40,953 bases of DNA, taken from Nanobdellota archaeon. GTDB lineage: Archaea; Nanobdellota; Nanobdellia; Woesearchaeales; GW2011-AR9. This document shows positions 24,733-32,474 of this stretch, in pieces. Position 1 is the stretch's first letter. Every line of letters begins with the position of its first letter. The notes under the pieces were generated by a model that saw only the letters and a program-made list of their open reading frames with translations, was not told where the DNA came from and searched no databases. The position numbers and the translations under genes are program-made. The stretch is taken from NCBI GenBank assembly GCA_038044525.1, contig JBBSZV010000001.1, forward strand, positions 1-40,953. Direction: 5' to 3'.

Positions 24733-25151
24733 TTTTTTGATTCCTCTGGAGTTTTTGATTTGATCGATTTGATCTTTTCTTTTCCCAGTTTTCTTCGTTT
24801 ATCTGCCATTTCCAAGACCACGATCATAAGATTGGAAGGCTTGAAAGAGATCGGAACTTTATTTCCGCCTTTCTTGGTATATTCGAAACCGTCGATGAAA
24901 ATACGTTCGCGTTTCAGATCCACTTTTCCTATCTTTCCTTCCTGCCTCTTGAATTTGCCGCGCTGCACTTTTACCCTATCCCCTTTGTGCGCCTGCGCCG
25001 CTCGGGTGCCGTATTTTTTACGAAGTTCAGATGACAGGTGGATATGGACTAATTTTTGCCGTACGTGCAGGGGCGCGTTATGCCTGTACTTGTGCTGTTT
25101 GCGCGGCTGGATGCTTCCCTTCCAACTGGTGGAAAATTTTTTGGTTGTCAT
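24729..25151 (-). CDS. rpl24: 50S ribosomal protein L24 (uL24)
   Basis: KOW motif HKGDRVKVQRGKFKRQEGKIGKV; ATGA overlap with rps4e. Confidence 0.9.
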   Translation of the reverse strand: MTTKKFSTSWKGSIQPRKQHKYRHNAPLHVRQKLVHIHLSSELRKKYGTRAAQAHKGDRVKVQRGKFKRQEGKIGKVDLKRERIFIDGFEYTKKGGNKVPISFKPSNLMIVVLEMADKRRKLGKEKIKSIKSKTPEESKK

Positions 25152-25193
25152 TTTTTTATGTTATGGTTTATTATTGTCCCGTTTATTATGATC

Positions 25194-25595
25194 TTATATT
25201 ACCATGCTGGCTACTTTCGCCACCGCCGGCCATCGCTCTGCGACTTCCTTGGCGATAGGCCCCTTGAAAATAGTCCCCTTGGGATTTCCTTTATCGTCTT
25301 TCAATACTACCGCGGCATTATCTTCGAACTTTATCCTGGTGCCGTCCGGCCTGCGGTATTCTTTTCTTTGCCTTACGATAACTGCATACACTACTGTTTT
25401 TCTCATTTCCAGTTTCCCTTTCTTTACTGAAGCGACGACCAGATCGCCCACTCCGGCGGAAGCTACTCTTCCTTTGACGGTCTTTTGGCCTACTACGCAA
25501 AATATCTTCAACAGTTTAGCGCCGGAGTTGTCACAGACATGGACGCGTGCTTCTAAAGGAAGCCCCTTTGTTACATTGCTTTTAAGCGCTTTCAT
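25194..25595 (-). CDS. rpl14: 50S ribosomal protein L14 (uL14)
   Basis: VCDNSGAKLLKIFCVVG...AVIVRQRKEYRRPDGT. Confidence 0.93.
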   Translation of the reverse strand: MKALKSNVTKGLPLEARVHVCDNSGAKLLKIFCVVGQKTVKGRVASAGVGDLVVASVKKGKLEMRKTVVYAVIVRQRKEYRRPDGTRIKFEDNAAVVLKDDKGNPKGTIFKGPIAKEVAERWPAVAKVASMVI

Positions 25596-25608
25596 TTTTG
25601 GTTTTTAC

Positions 25609-26145
25609 CTATAGATAAAAATACATTTTATCCGGTTGTTTTTCTTCCTCTTTGTTTTCTTCTTCTTTCCTTTTAAACTGCAAGCTTACCTTCTCCAGAA
25701 AATAAACCAGACCCAGCAGCCCCAAACTACTTAAATTGCCGATTGCGAAAGTCCCGGCATCACGCTTGGCATACTGAACTTTTTGTTCTAACTTGGTTTT
25801 TGATGGTAGTACTAATGTATCATATTTTTGTTGTGAAAGTTCTAATTCTTTTTCAAGACCTGCGTGTTCAGTTGTTACTTTCATGCACCTTTGTAAGCCA
25901 GCATCATTGAGATAAACCCCTCTTTCGTGCGTGCAAAAGTCGTACTCCGATTTAAGAGAATCTATTTTGCTTGCAATACCGCTTATTTCTTGTTTAATCG
26001 GTTCTGCAACCTCTTGCAGCATCTCCAGCTGAGATTTGTATGTACCTGCAGAGCCCGCATTTGCAGAGCAACCAAAGTAAGTTACGACGGCTCCTGCAAC
26101 AGCAGTAATTTTCATTCCGGTTCCTATTTTATGTATCAGACTCAT
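25609..26145 (-). CDS. Operon-embedded small membrane/coiled-coil protein (178 aa), paralog of the 26142 ORF
   Basis: N-terminus MSLIHKIGTGMKITAVAGAVVTYFGC, a coiled-coil middle and a C-terminal TM LSSLGLLGLVYFL. ATGA overlap upstream; ends 13 nt before rpl14. Confidence 0.6.
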   Translation of the reverse strand: MSLIHKIGTGMKITAVAGAVVTYFGCSANAGSAGTYKSQLEMLQEVAEPIKQEISGIASKIDSLKSEYDFCTHERGVYLNDAGLQRCMKVTTEHAGLEKELELSQQKYDTLVLPSKTKLEQKVQYAKRDAGTFAIGNLSSLGLLGLVYFLEKVSLQFKRKEEENKEEEKQPDKMYFYL

Positions 26146-26450
26146 TCTTCCCGCCCCCGTTGCGAAAGATAATTTCCTAAACCTAACAGGCAGATCGAAC
26201 CTAAAATGCCGGTGGTCGCGTATAATTGCCAGTTATGATAATCTATACTATATATTTTCAGCTCATCCAATTTTTTATTGATGGCATCTCTTTCTGTTTT
26301 AATTGAAGTTCCGAATTCCTCCAGCACTTTTATTTGCGCGGCGATATCTTCCAGATTTTGTTTCGCATCAATGCAGGTAGAAAGAGACCCGGCTAAACCG
26401 ACTATACTAACAACTTTCATTCCAGTTCCTATTTTGCTTTTCAAACTCAT
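26142..26450 (-). CDS. Operon-embedded small membrane/coiled-coil protein (102 aa)
   Basis: N-terminus MSLKSKIGTGMKVVSIVGLAGSLSTC, a coiled coil and a C-terminal TM GILGSICLLGLGNYL. ATGA overlap with the rps17 stop. Confidence 0.6.
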   Translation of the reverse strand: MSLKSKIGTGMKVVSIVGLAGSLSTCIDAKQNLEDIAAQIKVLEEFGTSIKTERDAINKKLDELKIYSIDYHNWQLYATTGILGSICLLGLGNYLSQRGREE

Positions 26451-26878
26451 TCTTCTTCACCTGCTTCTGCAGCAGCCTTCTTCTTTGCGATTTTCTTTCC
26501 CGGCTCTTCCGCGCCGAATACTTGCTCGACTTTTCCTTCTTTGAGGATTTGGATTATGACATGATGTTTAGTCTTGCTTAACGGCCGGGTTCTGGCCACT
26601 AACACCGACTGCCCGACTTGAGCATCCAGGCAAGGCGGATTATGGACGCGTAATCTTGATCTTCGCAATTCATAACGCTCATACTTCTGGACGTAATGCG
26701 GCCTGAACCATTCGATGGTCGCAGACTTGTTGGTGTCTCTCTTGACTACCTTCCCGGTAAGCAATTCTTTTTTCACCACTAAACCGCCGGTAAAAGGGCA
26801 GTTCTTATCGTAGTACTGACTATCATAAGCCCGCTCAGGAGCGGGAATTCCCAACACTTCTTTCCTTGTATTTGCCAT
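26447..26878 (-). CDS. rps17: 30S ribosomal protein S17 (uS17)
   Basis: CPFTGGLVVKKELLTGKVVK...RLRVHNPPC...LVARTRPLSKTKHHVI. Confidence 0.92.
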   Translation of the reverse strand: MANTRKEVLGIPAPERAYDSQYYDKNCPFTGGLVVKKELLTGKVVKRDTNKSATIEWFRPHYVQKYERYELRRSRLRVHNPPCLDAQVGQSVLVARTRPLSKTKHHVIIQILKEGKVEQVFGAEEPGKKIAKKKAAAEAGEEE

Positions 26879-26880
26879 GT

Positions 26881-27135
26881 TTATCCTTTAAGCCTGTCTT
26901 CAGGCCGTTTTGCGATGCTTTCCCCGGAGATGATCTTTCCAGATCTCACCAGCTTAAAGACGATTATCTTCTTCATCAGGACCGCTTCCTCGCCGCCGTC
27001 CTGAAGCACTTTCATCGTCTCTTTGGTTTCGTCGATGACTTTCCCCCTGATTCCGGCATTGCTCTTGTTTTTGGAATCGATCACTTCTATCTCTTCTCCG
27101 ATCAATTCGTGGGGAAATGTTTCTTTCCGAACCAT
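26881..27135 (-). CDS. rnp1: RNase P protein component 1 (Rpp29/Pop4)
   Basis: ELIGEEIEVIDSKNKSNAGIRGKVIDETKETMKV, in the canonical slot between SUI1 and rps17. ATG 27135 is preferred; a GTG at 27144 is an alternative. Confidence 0.8.
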   Translation of the reverse strand: MVRKETFPHELIGEEIEVIDSKNKSNAGIRGKVIDETKETMKVLQDGGEEAVLMKKIIVFKLVRSGKIISGESIAKRPEDRLKG

Positions 27136-27173
27136 GTGATTCACTGCTCCACCAAGATAATTAATCTTGATGT

Positions 27174-27479
27174 TCAGGCGACTTCGATAGTCTCCTCGGG
27201 AAACCCGAGTTCTATCAAGGCTGATTTCATCCTTGATTTGTGATCGCCCTGAAGCTCTATTTTGCCTGTTTTGGCAGTTCCGCCGCAGGCAAACTTTGAC
27301 TTCAATGTCTTGAATATCTCGTTGATGTTGGCTTCCTTTTGGATGCCACTGATGATGGTATATTTTTTTCCAAACTTTCTTTTTTCTATAGCCACGTTTA
27401 TTTTTTGCTGCTCACGAGCAATGGCTTCGCAGACGCACAAGTCCTCTGGAAGCCCGCATTGGTTGCATACTCCGATCAT
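27174..27479 (-). CDS. sui1: Translation initiation factor SUI1 (aSUI1/eIF1 homolog)
   Basis: KRKFGKKYTIISGI...KSKFACGGTAKTGKIELQGDH. Confidence 0.9.
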   Translation of the reverse strand: MIGVCNQCGLPEDLCVCEAIAREQQKINVAIEKRKFGKKYTIISGIQKEANINEIFKTLKSKFACGGTAKTGKIELQGDHKSRMKSALIELGFPEETIEVA

Positions 27480-27483
27480 TCTA

Positions 27484-27684
27484 TTATTGCTGCCACCCCT
27501 TCTGTTTAAGCACTGTCAATACTCTGGCGATATTCTTTTTTGTCCTTTTTACTTTTCCTGAACTGGCGCTGCCGGTTCCCGCTCCGACTTCAATTTTGAA
27601 TTTCAATAGCTCCTTTTTAAATTCTCTTAAACGATTTTGCAGTTCGGCCGCTGACAGCCCAGATAATTCTTTCATAACTTTCAT
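27484..27684 (-). CDS. rpl29: 50S ribosomal protein L29 (uL29)
   Basis: LSGLSAAELQNRLREFKKELLKFK. Confidence 0.9.
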   Translation of the reverse strand: MKVMKELSGLSAAELQNRLREFKKELLKFKIEVGAGTGSASSGKVKRTKKNIARVLTVLKQKGWQQ

Positions 27685-28541
27685 TCTTCTTTCGCCCCGG
27701 CATTGTCTGCGGTACTGGCAGTTTCAGTTTTTGTCACTGCCGCCTCATCTTTTGCTTCATCATTATCGGCAGGATCAGCTGCGGCAGCTTCTGCCGTTTC
27801 TTTGCTTGCTTCTTTCGCTGCCGGCTGCGGCGCTTCAGGGGCTTTTTCCTTGTTTTTTTTTCTGCTGGCCCTTTTTCGCGGCGAGGCTTCTTTCTTGACC
27901 GGTTTTTTTTCTTCCTTGACCACTGCCGCTTCTTTGACCTGCTCCAGCTCTTCCAAGATGGTAGTCCGGTCCGGAAGCCTGATGTCCGGCGGCATGATTG
28001 CTACTTTCACGCCGATGATACCGCTTTTCAGCAGGGCTGACCGTTTTGCGGTCCGTACGGAAAGAGCTACGTCGCCGCATTTTTTCAAGTATCCAGTATA
28101 AAATCTCCAGCTTTTTGCTCTGGCACTGGGAACTTTTCCAGAGATGATTATTTCCACGCCTAAAGCTCCGGCGTTCATGACATTCTCCATCATCTTATGC
28201 CCTACCCCTTTGAAACGGGCTGAGCCGAAACGTTCCAAAGATGACACGATCCTTTCAGCGACCACGTTGGCATCAAGAAAAATATTTTTAACTTCGTTGA
28301 TTTCGATTTGTGGATTTTCCAGATTGAATTTTTCTTTTAACGCTTTGGTGAGAGACCTGATGTTAGCTCCCTTTGAACCGACGATCAAACTTGGCCTGCT
28401 GGTATTGATAACTATTTTTTCGCCGAGAGGGATCTTCTTTAATGAGATGCTGGAGATTCCTACGCTGCCGAGCATCTCCCCTACATATTTACGGATAAAA
28501 TATTCCCTCGTTTTCTGCGCTATGAATGTCCTTTCAATCAT
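27681..28541 (-). CDS. rps3: 30S ribosomal protein S3 (uS3) with an A/E/K-rich C-terminal tail
   Basis: KH-domain N-terminus MIERTFIAQKTREYFIRKYV...; ATGA overlaps on both sides. Confidence 0.93.
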   Translation of the reverse strand: MIERTFIAQKTREYFIRKYVGEMLGSVGISSISLKKIPLGEKIVINTSRPSLIVGSKGANIRSLTKALKEKFNLENPQIEINEVKNIFLDANVVAERIVSSLERFGSARFKGVGHKMMENVMNAGALGVEIIISGKVPSARAKSWRFYTGYLKKCGDVALSVRTAKRSALLKSGIIGVKVAIMPPDIRLPDRTTILEELEQVKEAAVVKEEKKPVKKEASPRKRASRKKNKEKAPEAPQPAAKEASKETAEAAAADPADNDEAKDEAAVTKTETASTADNAGAKEE

Positions 28542-29305
28542 TTTCTTCCACCTGCTGACCGTAATGAGCCTTTCTTTTTAAGCTGTTCATATAAATCAGA
28601 AACTTCATTGGTTTCCTTCTGCTCTTTCTCGCGCTTTTTTAATTCAGCTGCTTTCTGCTGCGCCCGCCGCAATAATTCCTCTGAAGACGGCTCAGCATTG
28701 TGAACCGGCTTTGCAGACTTGATTTCCGGTTTATGATCGTGTTTAATCTCAGTTTTTATTTCCGGTTTTATTTCAGATTTTATTTCCTGCTGCGCTGCCG
28801 GAGCGGCTTCTTTAATTTCTTTTGCCGCCGTTTCTTTGACCATCGATTCAACTTTTTTAGCTTCCGCTTTTTTCTTGGCGAATTTCTCTCGCACTTCCAC
28901 TTCCACGTGAGTCCGTTTAGTTGCGCCCCCATGCCGGCCGCCGGTTAATGGGATTGAAGCCCGGTTGGCTAAAATTTTAGTTATTTTCAGATTAGAGACG
29001 TCCAATCCTTTCGCCTGTGCGTTGGCTTCGACTGATTTTAGCAGGCGCAATATCTCTTTTGCTGCTTTCTGTGGATATCTGCCTGCTGACATTCCGGCCT
29101 TGTGGGCGATGTTCATTACTGATCTCTTATACGGAACCGCTCTTTTCAATAAGGAAACTTCTTCCACGAACTTCTTCGCATAGGAAATATCCTTGAACCG
29201 CAAAGAGCGGCAGATTTCCACGCACTGCTTGGTGGATACCGGCAAATTCAAAGCCCGGGCTATTGCGGTGTGTCCGGAATCTTTTGAAGTTGTATTTTTT
29301 GCCAT
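28538..29305 (-). CDS. rpl22: 50S ribosomal protein L22 (uL22) with a ~100-aa repeat-containing C-terminal extension
   Basis: LNLPVSTKQCVEICRSLRFK...RYPQKAAKEILRLLKSVEANA core. ATG 29305 lies after the rps19 stop. The tail contains EIKSEIKPEIKTEIK. Confidence 0.9.
   Translation of the reverse strand: MAKNTTSKDSGHTAIARALNLPVSTKQCVEICRSLRFKDISYAKKFVEEVSLLKRAVPYKRSVMNIAHKAGMSAGRYPQKAAKEILRLLKSVEANAQAKGLDVSNLKITKILANRASIPLTGGRHGGATKRTHVEVEVREKFAKKKAEAKKVESMVKETAAKEIKEAAPAAQQEIKSEIKPEIKTEIKHDHKPEIKSAKPVHNAEPSSEELLRRAQQKAAELKKREKEQKETNEVSDLYEQLKKKGSLRSAGGRK
28754..28789. repeat. Three tandem 12-nt units (TTTTATTTCCGG / TTTTATTTCAGA / TTTTATTTCCTG) encoding xEIK repeats in the L22 tail
   Basis: Read directly on the plus strand; degenerate copies flank it at about 28721-28753. 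Confidence 0.6.
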
Positions 29306-29309
29306 TTCC

Positions 29310-29690
29310 TTACCTTGCTGAGATAGCTTTGCTTGATCTGGTTGCGCCGACACCTGCTGCGCTGTGGGTAACGCCTTTCCTGGTGTGCGAAAATTCTCCT
29401 AAATAATGCCCCACCATCTGCGCACCGATTATGACCATGAGATATTCTTTCCCGTTGTAAACGCGTAGAGTTTTACCGACCATCTGTGGGACAATAACCA
29501 TGTCCCGGCAATGAGTCTTGACATTATTCTCGCCGGCAGTGATTCTTTTCATCAAAGCTTTCTGCGCATCCGTAAATCCGCGCTTCAACGACCGCCTCTG
29601 TCTCGAAGTAGTCAGTTCTTTAAACTGCTCTAAGTCCATATTCTTTAATTCTTCTTCCGTTTTTCCTTTCCAGGTGAATTCTTTTGCCAC
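29310..29690 (-). CDS. rps19: 30S ribosomal protein S19 (uS19), GTG start
   Basis: THCRDMVIVPQMVGKTLRVYNGKEY...GHYLGEFSHTRK. The start codon at 29688-29690 reads GTG. Confidence 0.9.
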   Translation of the reverse strand: MAKEFTWKGKTEEELKNMDLEQFKELTTSRQRRSLKRGFTDAQKALMKRITAGENNVKTHCRDMVIVPQMVGKTLRVYNGKEYLMVIIGAQMVGHYLGEFSHTRKGVTHSAAGVGATRSSKAISAR

Positions 29691-29798
29691 AAACTTCTAA
29701 AAGTTTGATCATTAGGGCGACTTCGCTTGCGCTTCAGTCACCTATTGTATCAAACTTCCCTCCAATTAATTTTTAATGATAATGTTGATTTCATTTGA

Positions 29799-30641
29799 TT
29801 ATTTTAATTTCTCCATCATTCTTTTAAATTCTTCCCATGAATACGCAGACATATACCGTTCGTCTGCCGTCCGTTGTAAAACATCTCCGGTAACTGGAGC
29901 TTCTTGGGGAACGATCTGGACGAATGAATTCCATAACGGCTCTGCCACTAACGGCTTGGCGATCATCAATATCTCGTCACGGGTGCGTTGTCGAACCGCA
30001 GGCATTTCCAGAGAAAGGTTTTCGATTCCGCGCGTTGGTGCTTCCCTGCTCGCTTCGCCCGCACCACGCACCCCGCGAGCACGGTCGTAGCTGTAGATAG
30101 GGCTGCTGTAGCAATCGAGGCTGAACCTATCTGTACCGCTACTGAGCCAGACCGCCCTTTCTGGAAATGCTTTTCTGCTTTCCGCTGATGGTGTCCAGAT
30201 GAAAGGTCGTTTTCCACTTGCGCTCTGAATCGTACTGATTGTTTCTAACGCATCGTACTGGAATGTCTCCTCTTCCAATGCTCTCTTCCAGGCAGGATTT
30301 TTCACTAAAACATCAAGATAACCATCACCGATTGGAAGATTGCTTTTATCATAATCTATTTTTGTGCTGGTGCACAAAGCATATTCCAGTAAATCTTGTA
30401 ATATTCCTGTTAAATGGGGATCATTTTCTTCATGTAATTGTTTTATTGCCGCAACATACTCCCCCACTGTAGGAAGGCGTTTTCCAAAAGGAGCAAGATA
30501 CCTTTCCCACCCTTGTTTAGAATCAACGCGATAACTTCCATTTGGATCACGGATTGCTTCCCCGTCCAACAGCAAGCCGTGGTCTAACACGATCGGCTCG
30601 ACAGTTCTGGTTTCTGATGTTTGCAGTGCTTCCATCTTCAT
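29799..30641 (-). CDS. Operon-embedded unknown protein, family copy 3 (between rpl2 and rps19)
   Basis: 280 aa with an ATGA overlap with the rpl2 stop. Shares RTVEPIVL, LDGEAIRD, GKRLPTVGEY, SGKRPFIWTPSA, PERAVWLSSGTDRF and DRARGVR with copy 2. Confidence 0.65.
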   Translation of the reverse strand: MKMEALQTSETRTVEPIVLDHGLLLDGEAIRDPNGSYRVDSKQGWERYLAPFGKRLPTVGEYVAAIKQLHEENDPHLTGILQDLLEYALCTSTKIDYDKSNLPIGDGYLDVLVKNPAWKRALEEETFQYDALETISTIQSASGKRPFIWTPSAESRKAFPERAVWLSSGTDRFSLDCYSSPIYSYDRARGVRGAGEASREAPTRGIENLSLEMPAVRQRTRDEILMIAKPLVAEPLWNSFVQIVPQEAPVTGDVLQRTADERYMSAYSWEEFKRMMEKLK

Positions 30642-31345
30642 TTCTTCCTTCTACCCGTTCTTCGCGGCGCGATCTTACCTACTTTACGTCCCGGCGGAGC
30701 GCTTCTCGGCGACTGCGTCGGCCGTCCTTTCACGTGGGAACATTTTCCGCCGAATGGATGGTCTACAGCGTTCATGGATACCCCGCACACGTGCGGATAT
30801 AATTTATTTCTGGCCCGCATCTTATGATAATGTGTTCCTGCTTTTAGGAATGGCTTCTCTAATCTTCCGCTCCCTGCCAAGACACCGATGCCTGCTCTGC
30901 AGGCCGGCAAAAATAATTTTTCTTTCTTTGACGGCAGTTCTACCCGCACGGCTTCTTCCGTCTTGGAAATAACTCTGGCAAATGAGCCGGAAGCCCGTAC
31001 TAATTTTCCGCCGTCATATGGATTCAGTTCAATGTTATGGATCAATGTTCCTTCTGGAATGTCGCGTAAAGCCATGACATTTCCCATTTTTGCTTCCGTG
31101 CTCTGTCCGATTGATATTTCATCGCCCACTCTAATGCCTTCAGGAGCAAATGACAATCCTTTTTCTCCGTTAGAGTAAGCGACCTCCATCAAAGGGGCGC
31201 TATGCCCTGCACAATGAATCAGATCAGTGATTTTTCCATTAGTTTCTGCGCGGCAATGCTTGACTGCTCCTGCAAAGCGGTGGCTGGGCGAGCGATACGT
31301 CGGTGTGCCGCGTCCACGGCGTTGCTGTATCAGTTGCTTACCCAT
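30638..31345 (-). CDS. rpl2: 50S ribosomal protein L2 (uL2)
   Basis: MGKQLIQQRRGRGTPTYRSPSHRF...MNAVDHPFGG...APPGRKVGKIAPRRTGRRKK. Confidence 0.95.
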   Translation of the reverse strand: MGKQLIQQRRGRGTPTYRSPSHRFAGAVKHCRAETNGKITDLIHCAGHSAPLMEVAYSNGEKGLSFAPEGIRVGDEISIGQSTEAKMGNVMALRDIPEGTLIHNIELNPYDGGKLVRASGSFARVISKTEEAVRVELPSKKEKLFLPACRAGIGVLAGSGRLEKPFLKAGTHYHKMRARNKLYPHVCGVSMNAVDHPFGGKCSHVKGRPTQSPRSAPPGRKVGKIAPRRTGRRKK

Positions 31346-31346
31346 C

Positions 31347-31664
31347 TTATATCAGCCCCAAGTCCGCGCTCACGTCGGAAGCCAGATGTTCGGGGCTTAA
31401 TTTTACATGCGCTTTTTTTACGCCGGTGAACGAGTTGTCCACATTCACTTTCATGACTTTGACATTGTACAGCTGTTCGATGGCTTTTTTTACGTCAGCT
31501 TTGGTCGCTTTCGGCGAGACCACAAACACTAATTTGTTCTGCGATTCGATCTGCCGGATATTCTTTTCTGTGGCCAAAGGATACTTGATGACCGTATACG
31601 GATCGAAAGCATTATCAGTTACGACTGCTGCCGGTACCTTTCCTGCCTTAACTTTTTTTGCCAT
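31347..31664 (-). CDS. rpl23: 50S ribosomal protein L23 (uL23)
   Basis: DPYTVIKYPLATEKNIRQIESQNKLVFVVSPKATKADVKKAIEQLYNVKV. Confidence 0.92.
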   Translation of the reverse strand: MAKKVKAGKVPAAVVTDNAFDPYTVIKYPLATEKNIRQIESQNKLVFVVSPKATKADVKKAIEQLYNVKVMKVNVDNSFTGVKKAHVKLSPEHLASDVSADLGLI

Positions 31665-31666
31665 TT

Positions 31667-32473
31667 TTATTCAAATAATTTTTCTTCCGCTAATCTCTGC
31701 ACTGCTTTTTCCGTCCATAAGGTTATCCTTCCTGCATCTGTTCCCGGAGCCAGCAATTCTGCGTTCAGGGCTTTGACTTCGACTGCATCTACGCCCGGAA
31801 TGTTCTGCGCTGCCTTCAACAGGGGGCATTTTTCTCCGGTTACGATAAGGACGCCTTTTTTGTGCTGGTATTTTCTTCCGCGATTTTTTCCAATACCGGC
31901 GCGGACTTTCTTCTGCGCGGAACGCGTCAATTCCTTATCAAAATCCAGATCCAGCAGCAATTTTTCCACTTCTGCGGTCTTGGATAAGCTTTCTACGCTT
32001 CCAGCGACTACAAAAGGATAAGCTTCAGGAACTTTATGCCCTCTTTTTGCTACGATATCTTTATGCACCGTTGCGGCGATGGCAGAACGAATAGCTTTCC
32101 GGTTTTCTTTCTTGTTGATTTTCCGTTCCCAGATCTTCTCGGCCTTGGGAGGATGAGAACGATGACCGCCCCTTGTTTGAGGAGAAAATGCCCCTATCCA
32201 GCCGAATCTTGTTCCTCGACGGGAAACTATCTTTCGGTTAACTCTGCCGATACCCAATCCGTAACAGCCCCGGTATTTCCTTCTTCGTTTGCTTAATTTA
32301 GATGAATGCCGTAATCCTGCTTCTTGGTCTGCGCCATGCTGCTGCCGCGCTTTGCTTTGTAGGGAATGTACTGCCCGCTTAATCAAATCCGGCCGGAACC
32401 CTTCGGAGAATTGGCTGGGCAAGACTAAATCTCCCGTCTTCTTATTTTGCATATTTAGTAGAGGCAGTTTCAT
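31667..32473 (-). CDS. rpl4: 50S ribosomal protein L4 (uL4)
   Basis: FRPDLIKRAVHSLQS...GGHRSHPPKAEKIWERKINKKENRKAIRSAIAAT. Confidence 0.93.
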   Translation of the reverse strand: MKLPLLNMQNKKTGDLVLPSQFSEGFRPDLIKRAVHSLQSKARQQHGADQEAGLRHSSKLSKRRRKYRGCYGLGIGRVNRKIVSRRGTRFGWIGAFSPQTRGGHRSHPPKAEKIWERKINKKENRKAIRSAIAATVHKDIVAKRGHKVPEAYPFVVAGSVESLSKTAEVEKLLLDLDFDKELTRSAQKKVRAGIGKNRGRKYQHKKGVLIVTGEKCPLLKAAQNIPGVDAVEVKALNAELLAPGTDAGRITLWTEKAVQRLAEEKLFE

Positions 32474-32474
32474 T

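Noticed and set aside
27703-28101. 132-aa Ala/Ser-rich plus-strand ORF, and an 81-aa minus-strand alternative-frame ORF
   Set aside because: These are shadow frames of the A/E/K-rich S3 tail. Their composition is explained by the complement of GAA/GCA/AAA-rich coding DNA.
30638-31345. uL2 has HPFGGKCSHVKGRP where archaeal L2 usually has a Gly-rich HPFGGGG-type loop
   Set aside because: The rest of the protein is canonical. I cannot judge the significance of this loop variant without an alignment, and it is probably lineage variation.
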